Positions 23,920 to 33,495 are shown, counted from the stretch's first letter. The stretch: 64,000 nt of DNA from an uncultured cyanobacterium (GCA_963793265.1 CAWBZI010000001.1:1504001-1568000); one strand, 5' to 3'. Notes: generated from the sequence alone by a model not told the origin. Made by a program: numbers and translations.

Positions 23920-23948
23920 AAGATAGACTGATTTCTGTTTGGAGTCAA
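23920..23948 (-). promoter_or_regulatory. Sigma70-type promoter
   Basis: TTGACT-17 nt-TATCTT on the minus strand. Confidence 0.6.
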
Positions 23949-23973
23949 GTACCGTGACAAGGATTGAGCCTAT

Positions 23974-24150
23974 CTACACTTGTTTCGTCACCTGAGTAAT
24001 TCGCAGACGAAGAAGAGATAAGAATTCTGATATGTCAACCAGTCCCTCCGCTTCCTGTTGTTCTAATAGAGATAACTTATGGCCTTCGTCTTAGCGGTCA
24101 AGTAGCATCTGCAAACGCGATTGAACTGCTTGGGGCAGTTGGGAACGAGC
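23974..24150 (-). pseudogene. Remnant of a small antitoxin-like gene
   Basis: Reads RSQLPQAVQSRLQMLLDR*DEGHKLSLLEQQEAEGLVDISEFLSLLRLRITQVTKQV*, with an internal TAA and no start codon. Confidence 0.55.
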
Positions 24151-24152
24151 TA

Positions 24153-24750
24153 CTACTGTGGTTTTTTCGATTCAGTTTCTTCAAACTCGATTGCCTCGTA
24201 TAAGTCTGCTAGCGCGATCGCTACACCCACAGCCTCTATCGTAAAGCTAGCTCTCCAACCCTACATACTCTCTAAACAACCATTGGTTCTCCGACTGCCT
24301 GACATAGTGCTCTACGCAAGGGCGATACTGATGAATGAGCACATATTCTTGAAACGTCTTCATCGTTCGATAGTGCGCAAACTTATCCCCGCGATCGTAG
24401 GCTTCTGTAGAATCAGAAAGCGTCTCTGCAATTAAGATCGCGTTCATCACTGTATCTTTTCTTCCTGGCTTCAGCTCTACCGGATCAGCAAGCACCATCA
24501 CATCAGGATAGGTGTGTAAGTTAGCATCTGGAAGCCAGAGCCTTTGATCCGTTACGAATACGATGTATGGCTTCTGCCTCAAGCCAAACCAAAGCAGCGC
24601 ACTCAGCGCACTCGATAGCTGGTTATGAGCTGGCGTTCCTCCGGCCATTGGCACAATCTCCCCATTACGGTACTCATTGCGAATGTCAGAGTTTACTTCC
24701 AGCGCCAGGTACTCTTCAGCCGTATAGCGTCTTACCGAAGTTGCAACCAT
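24153..24750 (-). pseudogene. Uma2-family endonuclease, frameshifted near 24253
   Basis: YPDVMV and AETLSDSTEAYDRGDKF. C-terminus ASFTIEAVGVAIALADLYEAIEF continues in another frame. Confidence 0.8.
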
Positions 24751-24904
24751 GAGCGAATTTCTCCTCGCGATATTGACTCATTGTAGTAGGTATTAGTGAA
24801 TCTCCTTACCGCAGTGAGGGTAGTTGGACTGAACGCACTTACGCTGCACCTCATGCCTTTTCAGTATGATGTGAAGGCCGTTTGTATTTATCGGGGGGTG
24901 AGCG

Positions 24905-25740
24905 GTGGGTGATTTCTCTTACGAAAAGCTCTGCCAGCGCACAGATTCTGCCAGCTTTTGCAAACTGCGGTACGTACCTGGCATTGAGCTATTTAGGGCG
25001 CACCTGTTTGAGCATCAGTTCGGCAAACACTTCCACGATGCCTATACCATTGGGCTCAACCAAAGCGGCGTAGGAAAGTGCTTTTACAAAAGAGAAACGC
25101 ACTATCACTATCCTGGCAGCTTCAACTGCATTAATCCGGGTGAAGTGCACACTGGTGCGCCTGTCGCAAATGAGGGCTGGGCCTTCTGGAATGTCTGCAT
25201 TAGCAGTACTGCCATTCAACAGATTGTTCGTCAATTGGGTTGGTCAGATCAAAGCTCGCTGCCGTACTTCTCCCGTATTGTTGTAGAAGATCCTGCTTTG
25301 CATGGGCTGTTTCAACAGCTTTTTTATTCTCTTTCAGAGGCATCTACTCAACCGCTAGATCAGCAGTTTTATCTACTTCACTTCTTTGCTCAGCTATTCT
25401 CTAGACATGTTCAATCTCAACCATCGCTCAGCCCTCCAAAGCTAGAACACAAGGCTATCGGTCGAATACGCGACTATCTGGAATCACGCTGCACTGAGCC
25501 AGTTTCAATCGATGAACTTGCTAAGCTAGCGAGCTCCTTATTCTAATAGGTGCTTTCATCAGTGGCCCCACATAGCTACAAAGGCAGTTGTTGAAGGCAA
25601 AGCAAGCACTAAAAAAAGAAGCTTCCCTGGCAAGTATGCAACAGATTGTTATATTGCGGACGAACTTTTATGACCAAAGTCATTTTACCCGTTGTTTCAA
25701 ATCAAGCTTTTGGGCAACGCGGCAAGTACAGAACGTCAGT
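24905..25740 (+). pseudogene. AraC-family regulator with disrupted HTH region
   Basis: N-terminal HFHDAYTIG and NPGEVH. After 25530, fragments RCFHQ, PHSY, LLKAKQAL, FYDQSHFTRCFK and GKYR lie in different frames. Confidence 0.8.
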
Positions 25741-25808
25741 TTTGTCCTATAAATTGGGTCTTAGAAATATATAGGCTGGGCAGTAGTTTTTATTGCGCCC
25801 TTAAGCCT

Positions 25809-26977
25809 ATGACACTCGCTAAAGATTTCTCATTTTCTGCGGTCATTGCCGGATTTATTACGGTGCTGGTCGGCTTCACAAGTGCAGGCGTCATTGTGTT
25901 TCAGGCCGCACAAGCCTTAGGCGCTTCACCTGCTGAAATTGGTTCGTGGATGTGGGCCTTAGGGCTCGGCATGGGGCTTACCAGCGCGATCTTATCGTGG
26001 CGCTACAAAATGCCAGTGGTTACTGCCTGGTCTACGCCGGGCGCGGCACTGCTGATTCCGGCGGCTGTGGGCGTCTCTATGTCCGATGCGATTGGCGCTT
26101 TTCTACTCTGTGCGCGCTGATTACAGTTTGCGGATTTACCGGCTGGTTTGAGCGAGCTATGAATTCAATCCCGCTGTCTCTGGCCTCAGCAATGCTAGCA
26201 GGCGTATTGTTGCAGTTTGGCTTGGGCGCATTTGTTGCAATGCAAACCCGGTTCGTGATGACGTTTGCAATGTTTTGCTTGTACTTATTCATGCGTCAAA
26301 TCTCACCGCGCTATGCCGTACTGTCTTCTCTGGTACTTGGGATTTTGATTGCAGGGGCGCAAGGACTGCTTCAGCTCGATACAATTCAGTGGCAGCTCGC
26401 ACAGCCTGTTTTTACGGCACCCACTTTCTCCTTTTCAGCCATTGTCGGCGTTGGTTTACCGCTATTTATTGTGACAATGGCTTCGCAGAATGTACCGGGT
26501 GTTGCGGTAATTCGCGCCTTTGGTTACGATACGCCGATCTCTCCTTTAATTGGCTGGACGGGTGTTGCAACTTTGTTGTTGGCCCCATTTGGTGCATTTG
26601 CGATTAACTTAGCTGCGATTACAGCGGCCATTTCAATGGGGAGAGAAGCGCACGAAGACCCGGATAAGCGGTATGTGGCAGCGATCGCAGTCGGCATTTT
26701 TTACATCATCATTGGCCTATTCGGCGCTACTGTCGGCTCATTATTTGCGGCCTTGCCTAACGAGCTTGTAGTCGCGATCGCTGGCCTTGCCCTCTTAGGC
26801 ACTATCGGCAAAGGTCTTGCAGTCGCCCTCGCAGACGAAAAAGACCGCGAAGCCGCACTCATCACTTTTCTTGTTACTGCCTCTGGAATTGCCTTATTCG
26901 GTATCGGATCAGCCTTCTGGGGGCTCATTGCAGGCGGATTTGCTACTGCTATCACAACGCTTAAGCGAAGCACATAG
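25809..26977 (+). pseudogene. BenE/YdcO benzoate-H+ symporter family, frameshifted near 26113
   Basis: TAWSTPGAALL lies in one ORF; VTMASQNVPG and NLAAITAAI lie in the overlapping ORF. Confidence 0.85.
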
Positions 26978-26999
26978 TTGGGTACAGGAATCGAATAGC

Positions 27000-27461
27000 T
27001 TATTCAGCCATAAAGTCGTCATGTAACGACTGAGCAATTGTATAAGGGCACTCGTTCGGAAATGCCGATTGAGCAATGCCTGTTTCTATCGATGCTAGCT
27101 TCACTGCGCTGGTATAGGCTGATGACAATATATTCTCTATGTAAGGCTTCAGACTAGGTGAAGCCTCAAGCGCTTCATGCACTCGTCTGCGATGCTCTGC
27201 AATGCTACTAGCCCAGCTTCTGCTTCTGCGATCGGGCTGATACTGCCATTTAAGGAGATGCAGTAGAACGATAATAAGATTACTTTTTAAACGACGCTTT
27301 TCGCTGCGGCTCATCTCAGCAATCTCATCTAGCAAATTCTCCCAGTCAACGTCGGCATAGTCCTGACGCTGTAATTTTTGTATCGTCGTTTCTACCCACT
27401 GCACGTAGTCAGTATCGTATAGCGATCGCGTCGTCCGTTTAGTAGAAGGTGAGATTGTCAT
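27000..27461 (-). CDS. DUF29 protein
   Basis: LYDTDY, DWENL, HLLKWQYQP, SPSLKPY. Confidence 0.9.
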   Translation of the reverse strand: MTISPSTKRTTRSLYDTDYVQWVETTIQKLQRQDYADVDWENLLDEIAEMSRSEKRRLKSNLIIVLLHLLKWQYQPDRRSRSWASSIAEHRRRVHEALEASPSLKPYIENILSSAYTSAVKLASIETGIAQSAFPNECPYTIAQSLHDDFMAE

Positions 27462-27493
27462 AGCGAATCATTTTTACCGTTTCAAAAAGGGAC

Positions 27494-27955
27494 TCATCTG
27501 GGCATAAAATCTTGGTCTAGAACTTGATCTATTGTGTAAGGACATTCTGATGGAAAAGTATCTACAGAAAGTTGTGTTTCAGCAACCGCTTGCCGAAGAG
27601 CGTAGCGATACTCACCATCAAATACTTGCTCTAAATAAGGTTTTAAGCTGGGTGATTCTTTCAACGACTTAGAAACTCGTCTGCGATGCTCAACGATACT
27701 CCCAGCCCAGCTTCCGCTTCTACGCTCAGGCTGATACTGCCACTTTAGCAAATGCAACACTATGACAATGAGGTTGCTTTCTAAACTATGCTTTTCACTA
27801 CGCCCCATGGCTTCAATTTCCTCAACCAAATTCTCCCAATCGACACCGGCATAGTCCTGCTGCTTTATCTTTTGCAGCGTCGTTTCTATCCACCGCATGT
27901 AATCGGTATCGTAAAGGGATTGAGTTGTTGGCTTGAGAGAAGGTGAGGTGGTCAT
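27494..27955 (-). CDS. DUF29 protein (tandem paralog)
   Basis: Same motifs and same length (153 aa) as the neighbour. Confidence 0.9.
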   Translation of the reverse strand: MTTSPSLKPTTQSLYDTDYMRWIETTLQKIKQQDYAGVDWENLVEEIEAMGRSEKHSLESNLIVIVLHLLKWQYQPERRSGSWAGSIVEHRRRVSKSLKESPSLKPYLEQVFDGEYRYALRQAVAETQLSVDTFPSECPYTIDQVLDQDFMPR

Positions 27956-28103
27956 GGCATCACTGTCTTTAGCGAGTCAGAATAGATTGATTATAGCGGT
28001 CGCTAGGACTTGAGAAGATGGGCGATCGCATTCAATGCAACCTCTGTAACAGTCCATTTGCCCTATGCTGTGCTTAACTAAAGCGGCGTAAGCGAGGAAC
28101 ACA

Positions 28104-29165
28104 ATGGATGTTGCGATTATCGGGGCTAGCGGAGACTGCGGCAGAGAAATTGTCGCACAGCTAGTGGTGCTTGGCGTACTAGATCCAACTGAGCGGTTGC
28201 AGCTCGTAGGGCGAGAAGAAGGGCGCAGCGGGCAGGTATTGTTTGGGCTCTGTAGCGATTTGAGCGATGCCTACGCAGAGAAAGCACCGATCTTTGATGT
28301 GGCGCTGCGGCCTGAAGATATTGTTGCTGACGTGATTGTGATGACGGCGGGGGCAACGGTAGATGGGAAGATTACGTCTCGAGCGCAGCTCGCTGAGACG
28401 AATCTGCCGATATTTGAGCGCTACGCTAAGGCGATCGCGAAACATGGCTACGGTCACGAAGTCGCTATCATCATCACCAATCCTGTAGAACTTGCCGTTG
28501 AAGTATTCAGCCGACACTTAGGTCGCCATCGAGTGATTGGGGTAGGCGCTTACTCCGACACGCTCAGATTTCGTAGAGAAATTGCCGCTGACTTGGGCGT
28601 GCGGCGACAGCTCGTGCAGGGCTTTGTAGTGGGCGAGCACGGTGAGAGAATGGTGCCGCTATGGAGCAGCGTAAAGATTCACGGCATGACTAATGAAGAA
28701 CTTAGAGAAACCCGCCGTTGCATTCAAAGAGATCGCTCTATTCACGCCTTTCATGACGAAATTATCCAAGAAAAACAGGTAGCGATGGACTTAGTGAAAG
28801 CAGGTGATATTCCTAAAGCCTACCGCTATGTTGATAGCCTAGCGCCTGATTTACGCGTATTTATCAAGCCTTTTGTGACACATCAGTCTGGGGCAAAAAC
28901 GGTTGTTGCTACAGCGAACGTTACGGTGGACTTAGTGCAAAATTTACTTCAGGGAAGAGAGATTGTCGTGTGCGGGCAGGTGCAGCTTGCGGGTGAGTTT
29001 TATGATATTCATACGCCGCTGGGAGTGCCAATTGTGGTGACGCCTAGCGGCTGGAGCCGGGTTGTTAATTTGCAGCTTTGGGCTGAAGAAGCTGAAATGC
29101 TTCAGCAGACGGCCGACGTGCTCAACAAACGGCTAAAGGAGGATTTGGCGCATGGAAAAGTCTGA
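28104..29165 (+). CDS. Lactate/malate dehydrogenase superfamily protein
   Basis: IIGASGDCG Rossmann motif, ITNPVE, DTLRFR, GEHG. Confidence 0.85.
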   Translation: MDVAIIGASGDCGREIVAQLVVLGVLDPTERLQLVGREEGRSGQVLFGLCSDLSDAYAEKAPIFDVALRPEDIVADVIVMTAGATVDGKITSRAQLAETNLPIFERYAKAIAKHGYGHEVAIIITNPVELAVEVFSRHLGRHRVIGVGAYSDTLRFRREIAADLGVRRQLVQGFVVGEHGERMVPLWSSVKIHGMTNEELRETRRCIQRDRSIHAFHDEIIQEKQVAMDLVKAGDIPKAYRYVDSLAPDLRVFIKPFVTHQSGAKTVVATANVTVDLVQNLLQGREIVVCGQVQLAGEFYDIHTPLGVPIVVTPSGWSRVVNLQLWAEEAEMLQQTADVLNKRLKEDLAHGKV

Positions 29166-29637
29166 AGGGTTTGTCAGCAGGCGGTGGGTGTTTGTGGTGC
29201 GAGCGTTGAATAAGCCGGGAACGGTGACGGCAGCGGCGGCGGTGTTTTCTAATCGCGGGGTGTCATTAGAGAGTATTTTGGGCAGTGGAATTGATGCGGC
29301 TAGTGAGGATGATGGCCGGTTGTTGTTTAGCTTTAGAACGAGTGAGGAGAAGCAAGAGTTGTTGAAGCGATCGCTCGAAAGGCTTCCGCATATTTTCAAG
29401 GTCGATGCCTACCCCTATGAAGACGATCGGCTAAGAGCGATCGCAGTGGCAAAGCTCGTGCCTGAAGCCCGGCTTAACCGTGATACAGAAGAACTCTATA
29501 TCGAGACGATTTCACGCAGTAAAACCTCTTCTTTGCTGCTGTTGAGTGGCGGAACTAACGCCGTTGAGGAGGCGATCACGCATTTCCGTGAGCAGCAGCA
29601 GCTCAAAGACGTAGTGATGTCTACGATTACGGTTTAA
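29152..29637 (+). CDS. ACT-domain protein
   Basis: NKPGTVTAAAAVFSNRGVSLESI resembles the IlvH/IlvN ACT domain; overlaps the upstream gene by 14 nt. Confidence 0.7.
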   Translation: MEKSEGFVSRRWVFVVRALNKPGTVTAAAAVFSNRGVSLESILGSGIDAASEDDGRLLFSFRTSEEKQELLKRSLERLPHIFKVDAYPYEDDRLRAIAVAKLVPEARLNRDTEELYIETISRSKTSSLLLLSGGTNAVEEAITHFREQQQLKDVVMSTITV

Positions 29638-29675
29638 GGTCGAAGATTAAGCAAGTTTAACCTGCATATCTCGCG

Positions 29676-29777
29676 GCCCTCATCCTAAATCCTTCTCCCT
29701 CGGGGAGAAGGACTTTGAGTCCGCGCTCCCTCTCTCTTTGGCTCCCTCTCCCTTTGGGAGAGGGTTGGGGTGAGGGC
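29676..29777. repeat. Small palindromic MITE-like dispersed repeat
   Basis: Ends GCCCTCATCCTAA / TTGGGGTGAGGGC; internal hairpins TCCTTCTCCC-GGGAGAAGGA and CCCTCTCCC-GGGAGAGGG. Confidence 0.7.
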
Positions 29778-29826
29778 TCCAGCAAATGACGCTTGAGCAG
29801 TTTGCTCAACCCCTGCTCCCTAGCCC

Positions 29827-31419
29827 TCATGCCGTGATCGCCTCACTCTCATGCGCAAGCTGCTCTGTCCAATCCATATCCTCTCCTTTCACAGCCCCAG
29901 CAGCAGGCATCTTACGCAAACGCATCAGCTCAGAAATAGCGGCAATATCGCGATCGCGCCCAATCCCCGCCACCGCCATCACCTGATCGTCTTCTATATA
30001 GAACGCCAAAAACTTCTGATCGTCCAAGCTCCCCTGCACAACAACATCGTCATACTTCTCTGAATGTCCAACATAGCGCAGCTTCAGATCAAACTGGCCT
30101 GACCAAAAATAAGGAACAGCTTTAAAAGGCACCGTCTGCCCGTTCATATTACAGGCGGCAATCCGACCGTGCTGCATTGCCAGCCGCCAGTGCTCAATCC
30201 GTACCGGCTCACCCGTCATAAAGTGCGGAAACTGTGCGATATCACCCGCCGCGTATACGTTGGGCGCAGCCTGCAAATACTGACTAACCGGCACACTATG
30301 GTCGTCATCATCCAGCGCAATCCCCTCGATAAAGTCCGTCGCCGGGCTCACGCCGATGCCTACAATCACCAAATCCGCAGGCAAAGTCTCTCCTGACTCC
30401 AGCTCAACCGATTCAACTTTCCCATTACCTTTTAGCGTCTTCGCCTTGTTCTCTAACTTAAACACCACGCCTTTTGACTCATGCACCTGTTGAAACATCT
30501 TGCCAACAGAGTCACCCAGAACCTTCTCAAAAGGCACTTTATTCGGCGCTACTACCGTCACATCAAGGCCCTTTTGTTGCAGGCTTGCCGCCGCTTCCAT
30601 GCCAATAAAACCCGCACCAATTACAACAACTTTCTTGGCATCTTTGGCAGTCTCTAGAATGCTTTGCGTGTCTTGAACTTGCCTGATCGTAAATACGTTA
30701 GACAGCTCGCTACCGTCTATGGGTAGGCTGCGAACCTTGCCGCCAGTTGCTAATAACAGCGCATCGTAGTTGAGTGTTTGACTATCGCCATAGGTAATCT
30801 GTTGCGCTTTTACGTCTAAGCCTGTGACCGGGGAGTTTGTTTTTACTTCGATGGCGTGCTGTTTGTAGAATTGGGGCGATCGCAATAAATCCGCTCCCGC
30901 CAGCTCATCCTTTTGCAAAGCCGCCTTACTCAGCTTCGTGCGGTCATAAGGCAAATCAGCATCCGCCGTCAGCATCACCACTTTTCCCTTAAAGCCAGTC
31001 TGCCTCAGCATCTCAGCCGCCGAATTACCCGCCGCACCGCCACCGACAACCACAAACACTCTGCCATCTTCACCAGCATCGGCATTCACCATCTCAGGCG
31101 TCACATGATCTTCTCCCAACTCGGGCAGCTCAACATAAACAGTTCCCGACTCAACCTCAACCGCATAGCTAGCCAGATTCTTTCGACCCGGCGGCTCTAG
31201 CTGCTCACCAGACTCGATCCCATAACACGCATTATGCCAAGGACAGATCACTCTATTGTTGTGCAGCACTCCTTTCTCCAAAGGCGCACCGTAGTGCGAA
31301 CAGTGCGCGGCTGTCGCAAAAAAACCGTCTTTAGAATGCGCCAGCAAAATTTCTTTATCAGCAACTGAAAACTGTCGCATCTCGCCTTCGCGCAGCTCAT
31401 TCGTCTGACAAACTGATAC
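29827..31419 (-). CDS. Rieske [2Fe-2S] + FAD/NAD oxidoreductase (AIF3/ferredoxin reductase-like), 5' end interrupted by IS
   Basis: CSHYG...CPWH, GGGAAG, GAGFIG, GDIA. The native start MGSQK lies at 33375, beyond the IS. Confidence 0.88.
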   Translation of the reverse strand, partial: VSVCQTNELREGEMRQFSVADKEILLAHSKDGFFATAAHCSHYGAPLEKGVLHNNRVICPWHNACYGIESGEQLEPPGRKNLASYAVEVESGTVYVELPELGEDHVTPEMVNADAGEDGRVFVVVGGGAAGNSAAEMLRQTGFKGKVVMLTADADLPYDRTKLSKAALQKDELAGADLLRSPQFYKQHAIEVKTNSPVTGLDVKAQQITYGDSQTLNYDALLLATGGKVRSLPIDGSELSNVFTIRQVQDTQSILETAKDAKKVVVIGAGFIGMEAAASLQQKGLDVTVVAPNKVPFEKVLGDSVGKMFQQVHESKGVVFKLENKAKTLKGNGKVESVELESGETLPADLVIVGIGVSPATDFIEGIALDDDDHSVPVSQYLQAAPNVYAAGDIAQFPHFMTGEPVRIEHWRLAMQHGRIAACNMNGQTVPFKAVPYFWSGQFDLKLRYVGHSEKYDDVVVQGSLDDQKFLAFYIEDDQVMAVAGIGRDRDIAAISELMRLRKMPAAGAVKGEDMDWTEQLAHESEAITA

Positions 31420-33353
31420 GACACCGTTGGCGAACTCCACAGTAGCGAGTAATCGGTAAGCTATAGCTGACTTCCATCTTTTCTATGAGGGCGATCGCAA
31501 ATGTCTATCCAACCTCAATCCACCTCAGCAGTTCCGGCAGACACACTGCGCGTCGCGAAAGCCGCGTTTGCCAAAGGCAATCCATACCTAACGCTGCACG
31601 ATGAACTGGGGCTAATTTTTGAGGACAGCGACTTTAGCGAAGTCTTCTCAAAAGTGGGCCAGTCAGCGATTCCACCGTGGCGACTAGCGCTCATAACTAT
31701 CATGCAGTTCCGCGAGAAGCTCCCAGACCGGCAAGCAGCAGAAGCCGTACGCTCTCGCATCGACTGGAAATATCTGCTGCGGCTAGATCTAACCGATACC
31801 GGCTTTAACTACAGCGTTCTGAGTGAGTTTCGAGACCGTCTTATAGCCGGTAATATCGAAAACCTGCTGCTCGATAAACTACTAGAGCGGTGCCAAGCGC
31901 TAGGCCTCATCAAAGCAGGCGGCAAGCAGCGCACTGACTCAACGCGAGTGCTAGCGGCGATTCGCAACCTGAATCGCTTGGAAGTTGTTGGAGAAACCCT
32001 ACGCGCAGCGCTCAACGACTTGGCAGTACTCGCGCCTGATTGGTTACAACAGATAGCACCGGAAGACTGGTACGAGCGCTATGGACGGCGAATAGAAGAC
32101 TACCGCCTGCCCGCTAAGAAGTCAGAGCGGGATGCCTATGCCCAGCAGACAGGCGAGGACGGTGAATACCTACTCAAGTGTCTAGCTGCCTCAGCAATAG
32201 CCGCCGAAGGACAGGCGCTAGCAACGGTTCAAACACTCAACACCGTTTGGGACTATCACTACGAACGAGCTGACGGGGAGGACGGTGTGAGCCTGCGTTG
32301 GAAAAGCCGTAAGGAAATAGGCGTCACCGCCCTCTGCATCGAGTCTCCTTACGATACAGAAGCCCGCTACCGTCGTCGATGCGGGACGACCTGGGTAGGC
32401 TATATTGCCCACCTGAGCGAAACGTGCGATGACGATGGTAGCGCTCATCTGGTGACCCACGTTGCGACCACCGATGGGAGTGGCCACGAAGCGCAGTCTA
32501 TCGAAGGGATTCACGATGCGCTCATTGCTAAACAACTACGGCCAGATGAGCACTATGTCGATGCAGCTTATGTCGATGCGCTATTGCTGGTGAAAGCCCA
32601 AGAGCAGGGCATCGAAACCGTCGGCCCACCGCGTCCAAACCCCAGTTGGCAGACGCGAACCGAAGGGGCATACAACGTAGAGCAGTTCGAGATTGATTGG
32701 AAAAACAAGCAAGTCACCTGCCCAGAAGGTAAAACCACTAGGCCGTGGAAGGAACACGTTCGAGCCTCAGGCGACCCCTACCTATTTGCTAGGTTTCGCA
32801 AGCAGGACTGTCTTGAGTGTGAGGCCCGTCCGCTGTGCACTCACGCTGCCGCAGGCCGGACGCTGCATCTATTGCCACAAGCCGCTCATGAAGCGCTTGC
32901 TCGTGCCAGAGCGATCCAGGGCACGGATAAAGGACAGAAGCGCTATCGACGTAGGGCGGGTATCGAGAGTGCTATAGCTCAAGGCGTCAAAGGCTTCGGG
33001 CTTCGGCACGCTCGGTACATCGGCTTAGCGAAGACGCATCTACAGAACATGGCTATCGGCGCTGCCATGAATATCGACCGTTTGTTCAACTGGTTTCAGG
33101 GCGTTCCTTTGGCCAAAACTAGAGTCTCTCACTTCAGAGCGCTGAAGTCTGCTTAGCCCTGCCAGTAGGGTCTTTCATAAAACAACAACAGTATAAACAA
33201 CAAATTATCGAGGGTAGCAAGCTATCCTTGAACAAATTCTCTTGCCTGAAATTATCTAATGGCTTGTTTCGGTTGCTGTTGCAGCGTTTCACGCCTACTA
33301 TCTATTGCCGAACCAGGCTCTGAAAAGGGTAGTAAGAGTTCGCCAACGGTGTC
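31420..33353 (+). mobile_element. Complete IS1182-family insertion sequence
   Basis: Perfect 18-bp TIRs GACACCGTTGGCGAACTC (31420-31437 and 33336-33353); 7-bp target duplication CTGATAC (31413-31419 and 33354-33360). Confidence 0.93.
31501..33156 (+). CDS. IS1182-family DDE transposase
   Basis: DRQAAEAVRSRIDWKYLL, RTDST, YVDAAY, YRRRAGIES. Confidence 0.9.
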   Translation: MSIQPQSTSAVPADTLRVAKAAFAKGNPYLTLHDELGLIFEDSDFSEVFSKVGQSAIPPWRLALITIMQFREKLPDRQAAEAVRSRIDWKYLLRLDLTDTGFNYSVLSEFRDRLIAGNIENLLLDKLLERCQALGLIKAGGKQRTDSTRVLAAIRNLNRLEVVGETLRAALNDLAVLAPDWLQQIAPEDWYERYGRRIEDYRLPAKKSERDAYAQQTGEDGEYLLKCLAASAIAAEGQALATVQTLNTVWDYHYERADGEDGVSLRWKSRKEIGVTALCIESPYDTEARYRRRCGTTWVGYIAHLSETCDDDGSAHLVTHVATTDGSGHEAQSIEGIHDALIAKQLRPDEHYVDAAYVDALLLVKAQEQGIETVGPPRPNPSWQTRTEGAYNVEQFEIDWKNKQVTCPEGKTTRPWKEHVRASGDPYLFARFRKQDCLECEARPLCTHAAAGRTLHLLPQAAHEALARARAIQGTDKGQKRYRRRAGIESAIAQGVKGFGLRHARYIGLAKTHLQNMAIGAAMNIDRLFNWFQGVPLAKTRVSHFRALKSA

Positions 33354-33495
33354 CTGATACCTTTTGAGATCCCATATGCTTTTCAGTGTTTGTGAATGGC
33401 GACAGCGCCGAAGGTCACTCACACTTTAAAAAAACGCTGTGGCTTAGCCTGTCTCTCATAAGGCACAAGCCAGAGGGATTCTGCAGGAATAGATT

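Noticed and set aside
23180..26113. Programmed ribosomal frameshifting in the methyltransferase, Uma2 or BenE genes
   Set aside because: No slippery heptamers at the shift points; the clustering favours sequencing error or decay.
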